A stretch of DNA of 64,000 nucleotides, from positions 120,840,001 through 120,904,000 of the forward strand of contig CM059432.1 of assembly GCA_030390025.1 (NCBI GenBank), in the 5' to 3' direction. The DNA comes from Squalus acanthias (taxonomy: Eukaryota). Below are positions 26,094-37,759 of this stretch, piece by piece; within the stretch, counting starts at the first letter, position 1, and every line of letters begins with the position of its first letter. The notes beneath the pieces are model-generated. The model worked only from the letters and a program-made list of their open reading frames with translations. It was not told the origin of the DNA and searched no databases. Both the position numbers and the translations under genes were made by a program.

Positions 26094-26351
26094 TCACAAG
26101 GGTACTCACTTGGGTGTTCTGTTGTGTTTATTTTTGAAAACCCATCCGTGCATTTATGTGATAAAATAACTTGATGGCAAACTGTTGAAGTTGTGGGCTG
26201 TGTCATTTCCCAAATGGGACTTCCACATTGAGGGCTCAGGGTGACTTGGAATTGTCAGCATGGTGGTCAGAGTGATAGGAATCTGTAGGTTATTGCCCAT
26301 TGTCGATGGTGTGGTAAGAATGTGCGAGGCAAATGTGTTTGATTGGGCAGG

Positions 26352-27590
26352 CTAAGCAAATCTGTCCAAGATCAGTGCATTCCTTGCATCCCGGGCAGCA
26401 ATGTGCTCAAGTCCTGCTGCTGCTGGTTGATGAATCTCCGCAAGCTCTTTGTTCTTGTTCTCCTCCTCTTCCTCCTCCTCCTCCTCATCCTCATCCTCAT
26501 CCTAGGAGGCAATGCGCTGATCCACTTGTACCTCAGGCAGCTGCAAGCCACGATGCTGTGCCATGTTGTGAAGTGCACAGCAGACCACGACGATTCTGGA
26601 GACCCTGGCTGCTGAGTACTGCAGGGCTCCACATGATCTATCAAGGCATCTGAATCGCATCTTCAGCAAGCCGATGGTTTGCTCGATGATGGATCTGGTG
26701 GAAATGTGGCTGGAGTTGTAGTGCTCCTCAGCTTCGTTGGATGGTCTCCTCAATGGTGTCATTAGCCACGTCTTCAGGGGATAGCCCTTGTCACCAAGTA
26801 GCCATCCGCAAACTTGGTCCGGAGGACTGAAGAGCAGAGGAACACTAGACTGCTGCAGGATGAAAGAGTCATGGCAACTGATAGAGTAATTGACACAAAC
26901 ATGCACCAGCTGCACGTTGAGGGAGTGGAAGCCCTTGCGGTTGACAAAAATACCTGGATTGTGATGGGGTGCCTTAAGGGCCACATGTGTGCAGTCTACG
27001 ATGCCCTGCACCCTTGGAAAACCTGCCAGATTAACAAATCCAAACACACGCGTCGTTACACTTGCTTGATCCTTGGAGAAGTTGATGTAATTGTGCGCAT
27101 TGGCAAAGAGGGCATCGGTTACCTGCGTGATGCAAGTCTGTGCGGCCACCTGGGAGATGCCGCTGATGTCTGCTGTTGATCCCTGGAATGATCCTGAAGC
27201 AAAAAAGTTGAGTGCGGTGGTGACTTTGACGGCCACTGGTAAGCATTGTCCACCCGCTCCTCTGGGCTCCAGGTCTTGCTGCAGCATTGCACAGATGTCA
27301 CCCACTACCTCTTGCGAAAGTCTGAGCCTCCTTTGGCACTGCTGCTCAGTCATGTTAAGGTAGCTCATCCTCTGTCTGTAAACCCTGTTTTGGGGGTATC
27401 TCCTGCGGCGACGTGCTTCCATGCGCTGGCGCCTTCTGGCCTGTGCAGCTTCAGGTGGGTGAGCAGCAGGTTGGCGCTCCTGTTGTTGGTCCTGCTGTTG
27501 GTGCTGCTGTTGTTCCGGGTTCTGCAGCTGCCGCGGCTGGTCTTAGTTCGAATCTGATGTCCAGGAGGAAAGGAAATAAATGGTTCCCAT
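26352..27590 (-). pseudogene. Harbinger DDE transposase, catalytic triad retained
   Basis: 306-aa open core 26502-27422 with GIVDCTH, LGDKGY and [10 protein letters not shown]-rich N-terminus from ATG at 27590 and D/E-rich C-terminus each separated from the core by a stop. Confidence 0.92.
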
Positions 27591-27729
27591 ACTGCAAGTA
27601 TATACCTCAGTTGAGGAAGCGCTCAGTCAAGGTGGGGAGAGGGATTTCCCATGAGGCAGTTTGTCACGGAGTGCAGATTGAAACAGAGTGTTAAGCTGCG
27701 AGTTTGGTGAGTGAGGGAGTAAATCTTAA

Positions 27730-28187
27730 GGGCAACACGGTGGCATAGTGGTTAGCACTGGTGCCTCACAGCGCCAGAGACCCGGGTTCGAATCTGGCCT
27801 CGGGTGACTGTCTGTGTGGAGTTTGCACATTCTCCCCGTGTCTGCGTGGGTTTCCTCCGGGTGCTCCGGTTTCCTCCCACAGTCCAAAAATGTGCGGGTT
27901 AGGTGATTTGGCTATGATAAATTGACCCTTAGTGTTAGGGGGGGATTAAATATGTGGGGTTACAGGGATAGGATGGGATATGTTAGGGGGAATTAAATAC
28001 GTGGGGTTACGGGGATAGGGTGGGATATGTGTCGGTGCAGGCTCGATGGGGATTCTGTGTGAGGGGGCAGGGACAGGGTACTGGATTTGGATGATCAGCC
28101 ATGATCGTATTGAATGGTGGAGCAGGCTCGACGGGCCGAATGGCCTACTCCTGCTCCTAGTTTCTATGTTTCTATGTTTCTATGTTT
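27730..28187 (+). mobile_element. HE1-type V-SINE with CR1-derived tail
   Basis: A box GTGGCATAGTGG, B box GGTTCGAATC, V-domain TGTGTGGAGTTTGCACATTCTCCCCGTGTCTGCGTGGGTTTCCTCCGG, tail (TTTCTATG)n. Confidence 0.9.
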
Positions 28188-28791
28188 AAAGGTTAATCTC
28201 TTATTTTTATAAATTCTAGTCTTGTGTGCTTGCAATTAGCATTTAAATTTACTGTTTCAAGTTTTAAGTTTCTTCCAGGCTTGGGCAGGGCTCAGCAAGC
28301 TCTGTGCTGGAGAGCAGGTGAGTGTAATTAATTAATTAACTGGTCTAATCTGGTTCTGTAACTGCCAGAGAGCTCACTTATTTAAATCTCAGCAGTATAA
28401 ATAAGGGAGACTAGAGTGCAATTTGTCACGGTGTGCAGATTGGAACAGAGTGTTAAGCTGCGAGTTTGGTGAGTGAGGGAGTTCTTCCTTCCTTTTTCCA
28501 TCTTTGTCAGCTTCCTGGTGGCGGGCCTGCATGAGGCGAGGCGGCGGCAGAGGGTTTAAAAGGCTCCAGAGACCAGGTAAGGCGGGACCAGTCTCCGAAC
28601 TCGGAGGGAGGGAGAGAGGTAAAAAATAATCGAGGTGTGACGTCACCAGAAAGCAGGTAAGTAACTGGTTGGTGAGTATTTCTCTCTTTTTAAACTTAAA
28701 CTCTGTGGTTTATAGTTTCTAAGGTGTGATATTCATCAGGCGGGGCAGAGGGTATTTAAAAAATATTAATAAATTTAATTAATTACATAGA

Positions 28792-29750
28792 ATGGGAGAG
28801 CAGGTGATGTATTACTGCTGCAATATTTGGGAGCTGGTGGACACCATTGATGCTCACGGTGATCACATTTCCAGTAAGTATCTGCTGCTCAAGGAACTCT
28901 GGCTCCGGGTTGATGAGCTGGAGTCCGAGCTTCAAACACTGCGACACATCAGGGAGGGGGAGAGTTACTTGGACTCTGTGTTCCAGGAAGTAGTCACACC
29001 AATTAGATTAACTAATTCAGATGTAGTCCATGGTCATGGACAGGAGGGTGTGACTATGAGTGAGGCAGGTACAGAGATCCAGGAGGTAGTGTTGGAGGAG
29101 CCACAGGTTCGAGGCAGTTGTCCAACAGGTTCGAGGCTCTTACTCCCTGTGAGGACGGGAGCAGGGACTGCAGGGAGGATGAGCAACCTGGCCACAGCAC
29201 CGTGGAATGGGGGGCCATTCAAGTGGGGGGAGTAAAAAGAAATGATGTAGTGGTAGGGGATAGTATCATAAGGGGGATAGATAGGGTTCTTTGCAGCCGA
29301 GAGCGAGAGTCCCGAAGGTTGTGTTGCCTGCCCGGTGCCAGGGTTAAGGACATCTCCTCTGGGCTGGAGAGAAACTTGGAGTGGGAGGGGGAGGATCTAG
29401 TTGTCGTGGTCCATGTTGGTACCAACAACTTAGATAGGACAAGGAAAGAGGTTCTGCTGAGGGAGTATGAGCAGCTAGGGGCCAAATTAAAAAGCAGAAC
29501 CACAAGGGTAATAATCTCTGGATTACTACCTGAGCCACGAGCAAATTTGGCTAGGGTAAATAAAATCAGAGAGTTAAATGCGTGGCTCAAAGATTGGTTT
29601 GGGAGAAATGGGTTTTGCTTCTTGGAACACTGGCACCAGTACTGGGACGGGAGAGAGCTGTTCCGTTGGGACGGACTTCACTTGGCCAGTGCTGGGACTA
29701 GAATCCTGGCGAATCGAATAACTAGGGCTGTAGAGAGGGCTTTAAACTAA
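28792..29750 (+). pseudogene. CR1 ORF1 (degenerate Zn finger, leucine zipper, SGNH esterase), one frameshift
   Basis: LWLRVDELESELQTL zipper; SGNH blocks VVVGDSIIRG, VHVGTNN and DGLHL. Confidence 0.9.
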
Positions 29751-29929
29751 TTAGTGGGGGGGAGGTTTCAAGAGAGCGAAGAATAAAAATGTCAGTGGAG
29801 AAGGCAATAGAGCAAATTAGCAGTGGGGAAATTAAAAACCAGAGCGTGTCAGGAAGGGACAGAATATATAAAGATAAAGGTAAAGTAATAAAGGGGGTAA
29901 AAGCAGGAATAAATTGTCACAAAACATGT

Positions 29930-32900
29930 TTAAAAGTTCTTTATCTGAATGCACGCAGCATTCGTAACAAAATAGACGAGTTGATGGTACAAATAACTAC
30001 ACATGGGTATGATCTGGTGGCCATTACAGAAACATGGCTGCAAGGTGACGATGACTGAGAACTAAACATCCAGGGGTATTTGACTATTAGGAAGGACAGA
30101 CAGGAAGGAAAGGGAGGTGGGGTGGCTATGTTAATAAAGGATGGAATCACTGCAATAGTGAGAAATGATATTGGGTCAAAGGATCAGGATAGTGAAACAG
30201 TTTGGGTGGAGATAAGGAATAATAAGGGGAAAAGTCACTAGTGGGCGTAGTCTATAGGCCTCCTAACAATTGTAACTCTATTGGTCGGAGTATAAATCAG
30301 GAAATAGTTGGGGCTTGTAATAAGGGAACAGCTATAATTATGGGAGATTTTAACTTTCATATTGACTGGACAAACCAAATTGGGCAGGGCAGCCTTGAGG
30401 AAGAGTTCATAGAGTGCATTAGGGATGGGTTCCTTGAGCAGTATGTTACTGAACCAACCAGGGGGCAGGCAATCTTAGATCTGGTCCTGTGTAATGAGGC
30501 AGGATTAATAAAAAATGTCCTAGTAAAGGATCCCCTTGAATGAGTGACCATAACATGGTTGAATTCCAAATTCAGTTGGAGGGTGAGAGATTTGGATCTC
30601 AAACCAGCGTACTAAGCTTAAATAAAGGAGACTATGAAGGTATGAGAGCAGAGTTGACTAAAGTGGACTGGGAAAAATAGATTAAGGTGTAAGACGGTAC
30701 AGGAGCAGTGGTGTACATTCAAGGAGGTATTTCACAACTTTCAAGAAAAATATATTCCACTGAGGAAAAAGGGGCGTAAAGGAAAAGACAGCCATCCGTG
30801 GCTAAGTAAAATAATAAAGGATAGTATCCGACTGAAAACAAGGGCATATAAAGTAGAAAAATCTAGTGGGAGGATAGAAGATTGGGAAGCATTTAAAAGC
30901 CAGCAAAGAATAACTAAAAGATTAATTAAGAAGGGGAAGATAGATTATGAAAGTAAATTAGCAAAAAATATAAAAACAGATAGCAAGAGTTTCTACAGTG
31001 ATATAAAAAGAAAAAGGGTGGCTAAAGTGAATGTTGGTCCCTTAGCGGACAAGACCGGGAAATTAGTGGTGGGGAACACGGAGATGACAAATACGCTGAA
31101 CAAATATTTTGTATCAGTCTTTACAGTAGAGGATACTAAAAATATCCCAACACTGGACAAACGAGGGGCTATAGGGGGGGAGGAGCTAAACACGATTAAA
31201 ATCACTAAGGAGATGGTACTCGGTAAGATCCTGGGCCGAAAATTGATCCCGGGACGTGAGAGTACGCACTGCATACTCTCGCGCATTCCCACTCCAATTG
31301 CCGGTTTTCTGCATGCCCTGCGCATGCGCTGAAAACCGGCAATTGCTCTTCCGAAAAGGGGGCGGGGCCTGGGTGCATCGCGTGCGCGCTACAGGCTGCG
31401 CGCACGCTGTGCACTTCATGCTTTGGACGCGCAGGTAAGTAGGGAAGATTTTGGAAATGTAAAAAGGAGGAGTAAGACCCGCTTTTAAGAAGGTAAGTAG
31501 TGAATTAAGTATTTTTTTGAATTTTTTTTTACAGGTATATCTTTTTTATAGACTTTAAAGACAGGTAAGTTTATTTTTATAACTTTTTAAAAGATTTTAA
31601 ATTTTTTCAAAAATTTAATTTTTTATTTAAAATGGTTAATTTAATTAACTATACTTATTTTATTAATGTGATGGGTTTTTTTAAAAATTTAATTGAGGTT
31701 TAGCTGTTATTTTGGGGGGGTGTAAGATTCATAAGTCTCACAGCCATGCTGTGAGACTTATGAATGGAAGATGGTGTGCTGCCATTGGCTCTAACTGAGT
31801 CACGTGATCCCACAGCTCGCACGAATTCACTACGCCGCTGGGATACGCAAGCCCAGCACAGCTGATGTCTGGAACATCAAGTTCGTGCGAGCTGGATCAG
31901 AAAAAGCATAAGCGAGGTGAGACATCGCGGGGAAGGCTTACCCCCGCGGGAACAGAGCGAGATCAATTTCTGGGCCAATGGGATTTAAGGCGGATAAATC
32001 CCCTGGACCTGATGGCTTACATCCTAGGGTCTTGAGAGAAGCAGCGGTAGGGATTGCGGATGCATTGGTGGTAATTTTCCAAAACTCCCTGGATTCTGGA
32101 AAGGTCCCAGCTGATTGGAAAACTGCTAATGTAACGCCCTTATTTAAAAAGGGAGGTAGACAAAAGGCTGGAAACTATAGACCAGTTAGCCTAACATCTG
32201 TGGTTGGTAAAATGTTGGAGTCCATTATTAAGGAAGCAGTAACAGGACATTTGGATAAGCATAATTTAATCGGACAGAGTCAGCATGGTTTTATGAAGGG
32301 GAAATCATGCTTGACAAATTTGCTCGAATTCTTTGAGGACGTAACAAACAGGGTGGATAAAGGGGAACCAGTGGATGTGGTGTATTTGGACTTCCAAAAG
32401 GCATTTGATAAGGTGCCACACAAAAGATTACTGCACAAGATAAAAAAATCACGGGACTGGGGGTAATATACTGGCATGGGTGGAAGATTGGCTGTCTAAC
32501 AGAAAACAGAGAGTTGGGATAAATGGTTCATTCTCAGGTTGGCAATCAGTAACTAGTGGTGTTTCGCAAGGGTCAGTGCTGGGACCCCAACTCTTTACAA
32601 TCTATATTAACGATTTGGAGGAGGGGACCAAGTGCAACGTATCCAAGTTTGCTGACGATACAAAGATGGGAGGAAAAGCAGTGAGTGAGGAGGACATAAA
32701 AAACCTGCAAAAGGATAAGCTAAGTGAGTGGGCGGAATTTTAGCAGATGGAATATAATGTTGGAAAGTGTGAGGTTATGCACTTTGGCAGAAAAAATCAA
32801 AGAGCAATTTATTATCTAAATGGAAATAAATTGCAAAGTGCTACAGTACAAAGGGATCTGGGGGTCCTGGTGCATGAAACACAGAAGGTTAGTATGCAGG

Positions 32901-33481
32901 TACAGCAGGTGATCAGGAAGGCCAATGGAATCTTGGCTTTTATTGCAAGGGGGATGGAGTATAAAAGCAGGGAAGTCTTGCTTCAGTTATACAAGGTACT
33001 GGAGAGGCCACACCTGGAATACTGTGTACAGTTTTGGTTTCCATATTTAAGAAAAGATATACTTGCTCTCGAGGCAGTTCAGAGAAGGTTCACTCAGTTG
33101 ATTCCGGAGATGAGGGGTTTGACTTATGAGGAAAGGTTGAGTAGGTTGGGCCTCTACTCATTGGAATTCAGAAGAATGAGAGGCGATCTTATCGAAAAAT
33201 ATAAGATTGTGAGGGTACTTGATCGGGTGGAGGCGGGGAGGATGTTTCCACTGATGGGTGAGACTAGAACTAGGGGGCATAATCTTAGAATAAGGGGCTG
33301 CCGTTTCAAAACTGAGATGAGGAGAAACTTCTTCACTCAGAGGGTAGTAAATCTATGGAATTTGCTACCTCAGAAAGCTGTGGAAGCTGCAACATTAAAT
33401 AAATTTAAAACGGAGATAGACAGTTTCCTAGCTGATAAGGGAATTAAGGGTTATGGGGAGTGGGCAGGGAAGTGGACGTGA
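29930..33481 (+). pseudogene. CR1 ORF2 (APE endonuclease plus RT), disrupted
   Basis: LNARSI, AITETWL, GVVYRPP and MGDFN (APE); PGPDG, NYRPVSL, KAFDKV, QGSVLGP and FADD (RT); stops, frameshifts and a MITE insertion. Confidence 0.95.
31233..31976. mobile_element. Harbinger-type MITE inserted in CR1 ORF2
   Basis: TIRs GGGCCGAAAATTGATC / GATCAATTTCTGGGCC; ORF2 resumes across it (KEMVLGKI..MGFKADKSPGPDG). Confidence 0.85.
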
Positions 33482-34130
33482 GTCTAGGTTCGGATCAGCC
33501 ATGATCCTATTGAATGGCGGAGCAGGCCCGAGGGGCCATATGGCCTACTCCTGCTCCTACTTCCTATGTTTATGTAGGTCACACTGGAGATGGATCTCAG
33601 CTTCTAAACTTCCAACATGAGTAGGCCTGCTAAAAGTTCTCCCAGACCTGAGAAAACAAAGTTCTGCCACCTGCAAATAATCATTGTTGAAAAATGCTTT
33701 TTAATGCTGGAGCTGCAGCTGTTAGTAAGCTATCCACTTGTGAGCCCACCAGGATTAACTGGCGTGTTCCAGAGGTGATGTGCTGCACGGGGGAAATGTG
33801 TTAAACTTAGAAAGGCCTCTCAAAATGGCATTATAGAGGCAATTAAGTGCTTGTTAAGGGCCTTAAGGGCCTATCCCGCCTTTGGAGGCAGGATCAAAAC
33901 GGGGTCTGAATGCCCGCTTTTGGGAAAATTCCTCAGAGGCGGGCTGGAGGCGGGATTGGAGCCGCCCGCCATTTTTTGCAATTTTAACACCTCACACACC
34001 TCCAAACCCACCTCCTCAGGCCTGGCAAAATCCAGCCCAATATCTCTATTTATGAAACCCAAGATCCCATATGGTTTTCATAAGTAGAGCTTGAGAGGTT
34101 AGGGAAAAGATGTTGGATCTAAAGTCAGTA

Positions 34131-34786
34131 GGCCAGATTTTAACCCACAGTGGGACTGGGCAGGCAAGGGCCAAGGTCAGCAACAACCCCCCCAAACCTC
34201 CCCCCCCACCTCACCTCGGCAGCGTGAGGCCCTTGTGATATTAATTCCTGGGGCTCACCTGAATGCCCATCCCGCCCCGCCGGTCCCGCCCCCCATGAGT
34301 TGCCTGCTCAAAACAGGTAGGAAGCGGCAGCTGACCAATGGGAGAGAGCGTAATTTAGGCCGGCAGGAGGCCGCTGGCTGGAGCCGAAGGGACGTTCGCT
34401 GGAACTCTATGTAAGTCACTGAGAGGGGATTTCAGAAGGGTCTAATGTTTGAGACGGGCGGGGAAGACCAAAACTTTCCTTGCAGGGGCCGGAGGAGCTC
34501 TTCCCCTTACCTTAGAGGGTTTCTTCATCCTCACGACACCTGCTGACCGGCGTTCACCTGGTGGGAAAGCCGCTGCAACTTCCATGCTCAGGCCCTGGTT
34601 AATATTCAATTGGGATCCCAATTTGCATCAACTTCCCAGGTGGGCACCTCAGCCATCTAACTGCAGTGAGCAGTTAAAATGGTGGCCAGCAGGTTTCCAA
34701 CAAGAACTGGATGGTAAGGCTGAACACTCCATTTTAAAGACACCCACACCCACTCCTGCTGGCAGGATGTGTTAAAATTCTTCCCC
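34131..34786. mobile_element. Degenerate Harbinger-type MITE
   Basis: GGCCAGATTTTAAC / GTTAAAATTCTTCCCC imperfect TIRs, GC-rich interior. Confidence 0.5.
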
Positions 34787-35654
34787 TTGCTCATTACATT
34801 CTAGTCCTTATAAAGCAGATATTACCCACCTTACCATGAGTAACACTACAGGACGTGCACTAGTAATATATTAAAAATGATACATTTACTCACACCTCCA
34901 ATCTGTCACACTCCAGGTGTCACATCCTGGCATTATGACCCAGCATCACACTCTATCTTTAAAACAGAAAAAAAGCATAATACTGCAAATATGTGGTATG
35001 AGGAAAACAAAATTATCGAAACTGAACCAATTAAATCATTCAACATGCTCTTTCAAAACTCGTTCACAATTTTGTTTTCAATTTCTTCCACTGAAACTGA
35101 GTCGTTCACTCCAATTTCCTCCTCTCAGCTCTCTGCGTATTGTAACAGCCGAACCACTGACTCACCATGAGCAGCGCTACGAGAGATATTAGGAAATTAG
35201 TACATTAGTGGACACTTCCAGTCCATCACACATCCTGTGTCATACGTCTCTTTTACACACCAATGTCGCACATTGGGCTTTACACTTAACGTAGGCAAAT
35301 CATGCACAAATCTCTTGCAGGCAATTGGCTCAAATTTTCCATTGGTAAAGGAATGGCAATCCAAAGACTGTAATTGTGAGAAGTGATGAAAATCCGTGAA
35401 TAGGAAAGAAGAATTGGAATCAATTAAATCACTCTTATTTTCAACATCCCTTGAATGGAAAGGGAGATCGAAGGGGTGTAGATTCGCTACCGCCATTTTC
35501 CACCCACGCCAAAAGTGAAAATCAACCCCCCAACTCCTGTCTTATTTGGTTTATTCTGAGAATTTGAAAGAAATTATAGTCTATGTAAATATTTATTTTT
35601 CTCCGTGGAGAACTTGAAGCATATGTTTTCTTATACTATATCAACATTTATGAG

Positions 35655-35789
35655 AGTCTGACGAAGGGTCATCGACCTGAAACGTTAAGTCTGTTTCTCT
35701 CTCCACAGATGCTGCCTGACCTGCTGAGTATTTCCAGCATTTTCTGTTTTTATTTCAGATTTCCAGCATCCGCAGTATTTTGCTTTTGT
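35655..35789 (+). mobile_element. Solo Penelope-like pLTR with hammerhead core
   Basis: CTGACGA-AGGGTC-ATC-GACCT-GAAAC-GTTA at 35658-35687; flanking direct repeat ATCAA(C/T)ATTTATGAG at 35640-35654 and 35790-35804. Confidence 0.85.
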
Positions 35790-35974
35790 ATCAATATTTA
35801 TGAGGTTGTTTGTTTTCTAAATAATTTGAAAACAACCCGGAGGATGAATGTTGAAACCTTTTTCGAGCTGTTGAGGATAGTTTTGACTTTGTGCGATAGT
35901 GCAAAATGAGTGGTAGTGAATTGGCAGTCAACATCTACCCCGTAGGAAAACTATTACCTAAGTTCTTACTGTTT

Positions 35975-36410
35975 AGTTGAATAGATTATTTGTGCTGGGA
36001 GCCCTAGGAGGCATGAGCATTAAATCCTTAGGCAAAGAGGCGAGGTTGGTTGGTGGGAAGTATTTCTCTCTATAGAGAACTGCTGCTCTCTTTGACAGAT
36101 TATGAAAGGATGTCGTTTGCATTGATTCCCTGCAGCTCTTTAAAAATGGAGCTGCACAAATTCCTGAGAGAACAAGAATATTGAGATTTGCCACAATCTC
36201 CTGCTGGATGGCTTCAGGGATAGGAGAGAAATTTCCCACAGGTTTTATTAAATTGTCCACAGGTTTTTTTCTCTGGTGTCTTTTTTTTTGTACCTCTCTC
36301 AGGAATTTGTGCGACTGGGGGCGATGGAGGCGGGTTGATTGCATATGTGGCTATGGCACATCTGGATGGGACAGGCTTGATGAACCAAATGGCCTTTTCC
36401 TACTTTTTTT
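35975..36410 (+). mobile_element. Old CR1/L2-like LINE 3' end
   Basis: Degenerate 'GGKYFS...R...LW' coding end and GGACAGGCTTGATGAACCAAATGGCCTTTTCCT tail. Confidence 0.5.
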
Positions 36411-36541
36411 CCCCACTGTAAGACTTGGATCACAGGTCACACACAGATTACCCAAAGGGTCTTAGGAGTCATAGGTCATTTTCTTAAGGAGCAGCAGTTT
36501 AAATATAGTTAATTCAGGATAGACAGAGTAGACATACAACC

Positions 36542-37264
36542 CGTAACAGATGAGAATGGTTTACTGGCCCCTGAATGGACGGACGAGCGGACGGAGGGGG
36601 GTTGAGGCAGAACGGTGGTCTTAGTTCCTGTAGGACGTGCGGAATTACCCCTCACCCCGTCCAACAGGTTATAGAGTTCGGACTTGAGACTTATGAGAAA
36701 TTGCACCAGACACACGGAGTCTGTCTTTAACCTTTTATTGTTCCTAAGACAGATTCAAAACCCCAACCACTGTTCGAGCAGTACACCAATAATGTTACAA
36801 GAAATCATACCTACAACCACCCGCAGATGATCAGTCCAGTATCCATTGATTGTAGGCCACTTCCTTTCAACTGCAGCAGCTCTAGGAGATGAGATGATCG
36901 GCCCGGCCCCTCCTTCCGACTGCAGCAGCTCTTTACCTTTCGACTGCAGTGCCGATATTTTTAGTCACTGTCTTTTATACAGGTTTCCTTGCCTTTCTCA
37001 GTAAATCAATCATTCAAAGATTGTGAGAGGTGTTCCGTTAATGTTTGACCTGAGTTGTTTGAGCTGTCAAACTTTCACACCACACATCCTGTGTGGTTAC
37101 CTGTTAGCTGCCTTTATCAAAGCCCAAATTGTTCATTCACTCATAAAAGTTTACAGAAGTGGCAGTAAACCACTCGGTCACATTTCACGTGTTACATTAC
37201 ATCCTGTATTTCAGAACTCCCAAGGTTTGACTCCTCCCTTTAGCCACCAAAAGTCATTCCACAA
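36542..37264 (-). mobile_element. Possible LTR-like sequence
   Basis: Minus-strand TATA (~36973-36979) and AATAAA (~36734-36739); ACAACCC occurs at both boundaries; termini imperfect. Confidence 0.3.
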
Positions 37265-37407
37265 CCCTGTGGCCTGTTTGTTGTAGACATGAAGTCTGCA
37301 AATCTAAGGGGGTTTGTTTATTTCTGTTGTCTATGACTACCCCCTGCAGTCACAACCATTTGTTCTGTCAGTATCTACTATCCGACACCCAGTTCTTGAA
37401 ATATCTC

Positions 37408-37631
37408 TGATGCGGAGATGCCGGTGTTGGACTGGGGTGGACAAAAGTGAGAAGTTGCACAACACCAGGTTATAGTCCAACAGTTTTATTTGAAATCACA
37501 AGCTTTCGGAGCTGCTGCTCCTTCGTCAGGTGAAGTGCTTCACCTGACGAAGGAGCAGCAGCTCCGAAAGCTTGTGATTTCAAATAAAACTGTTGGACTA
37601 TAACCTGGTGTTGTGCGACTTCTCACTTTTG
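37408..37631. mobile_element. Palindromic Penelope-like pLTR insertion (second family) with two hammerhead motifs
   Basis: 94-bp inverted arms 37442-37535 and 37538-37631 with one mismatch; flanking direct repeat TTGAAATATCTC at 37396-37407 and 37629-37640. Confidence 0.85.
37540..37577 (+). ncRNA. Minimal type I hammerhead ribozyme motif (mirror copy on - strand at 37496-37533)
   Basis: TCAC-CTGACGA-A-GGAGC-AGCA-GCTCC-GAAA-GC-TT-GTGA: helix I TCAC/GTGA, helix II GGAGC/GCTCC, palindromic AAGCTT in place of helix III. Confidence 0.75.
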
Positions 37632-37759
37632 AAATATCTCCATCACAAAGCAGCTTGCAAACACAACAGTTTCTTTTAGAAGCACATTTGCTCGCCATAT
37701 GTTTGCTGCCTTTTAGTAAAGCACAATAAAAAAACGTTCCATGTCCACTTATCAGTGAA

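Larger units (their letters stand above)
27655..33575 (+). mobile_element. Near full-length CR1 LINE nested in Harbinger
   Basis: 5'UTR, ORF1 (esterase), ORF2 (APE plus RT), 3'UTR with CTATGTT tail; 5' boundary approximate. Confidence 0.93.
23817..34038 (+). mobile_element. Two-gene PIF/Harbinger transposon with both ends and a nested CR1
   Basis: TIRs GGGTTGGATTTTG / CAAAATCCAGCCC, TSD AAT (23814-23816, 34039-34041), Myb gene on +, transposase on -; ~4.3 kb after removing the nested CR1. Confidence 0.92.

Noticed and set aside
26502..27422. Domesticated HARBI1 host gene
   Set aside because: Lies between TIRs with a TSD, has stops in both terminal regions and several paralogous decayed copies in the window, so it is a transposon ORF
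27730..27810. tRNA gene
   Set aside because: A and B boxes belong to a SINE head followed by a V-domain; no complete cloverleaf
35150..35350. Minus-strand first exon ending ATG|GTGAGT with upstream CCAAT boxes
   Set aside because: No downstream exons found; the motif can occur by chance
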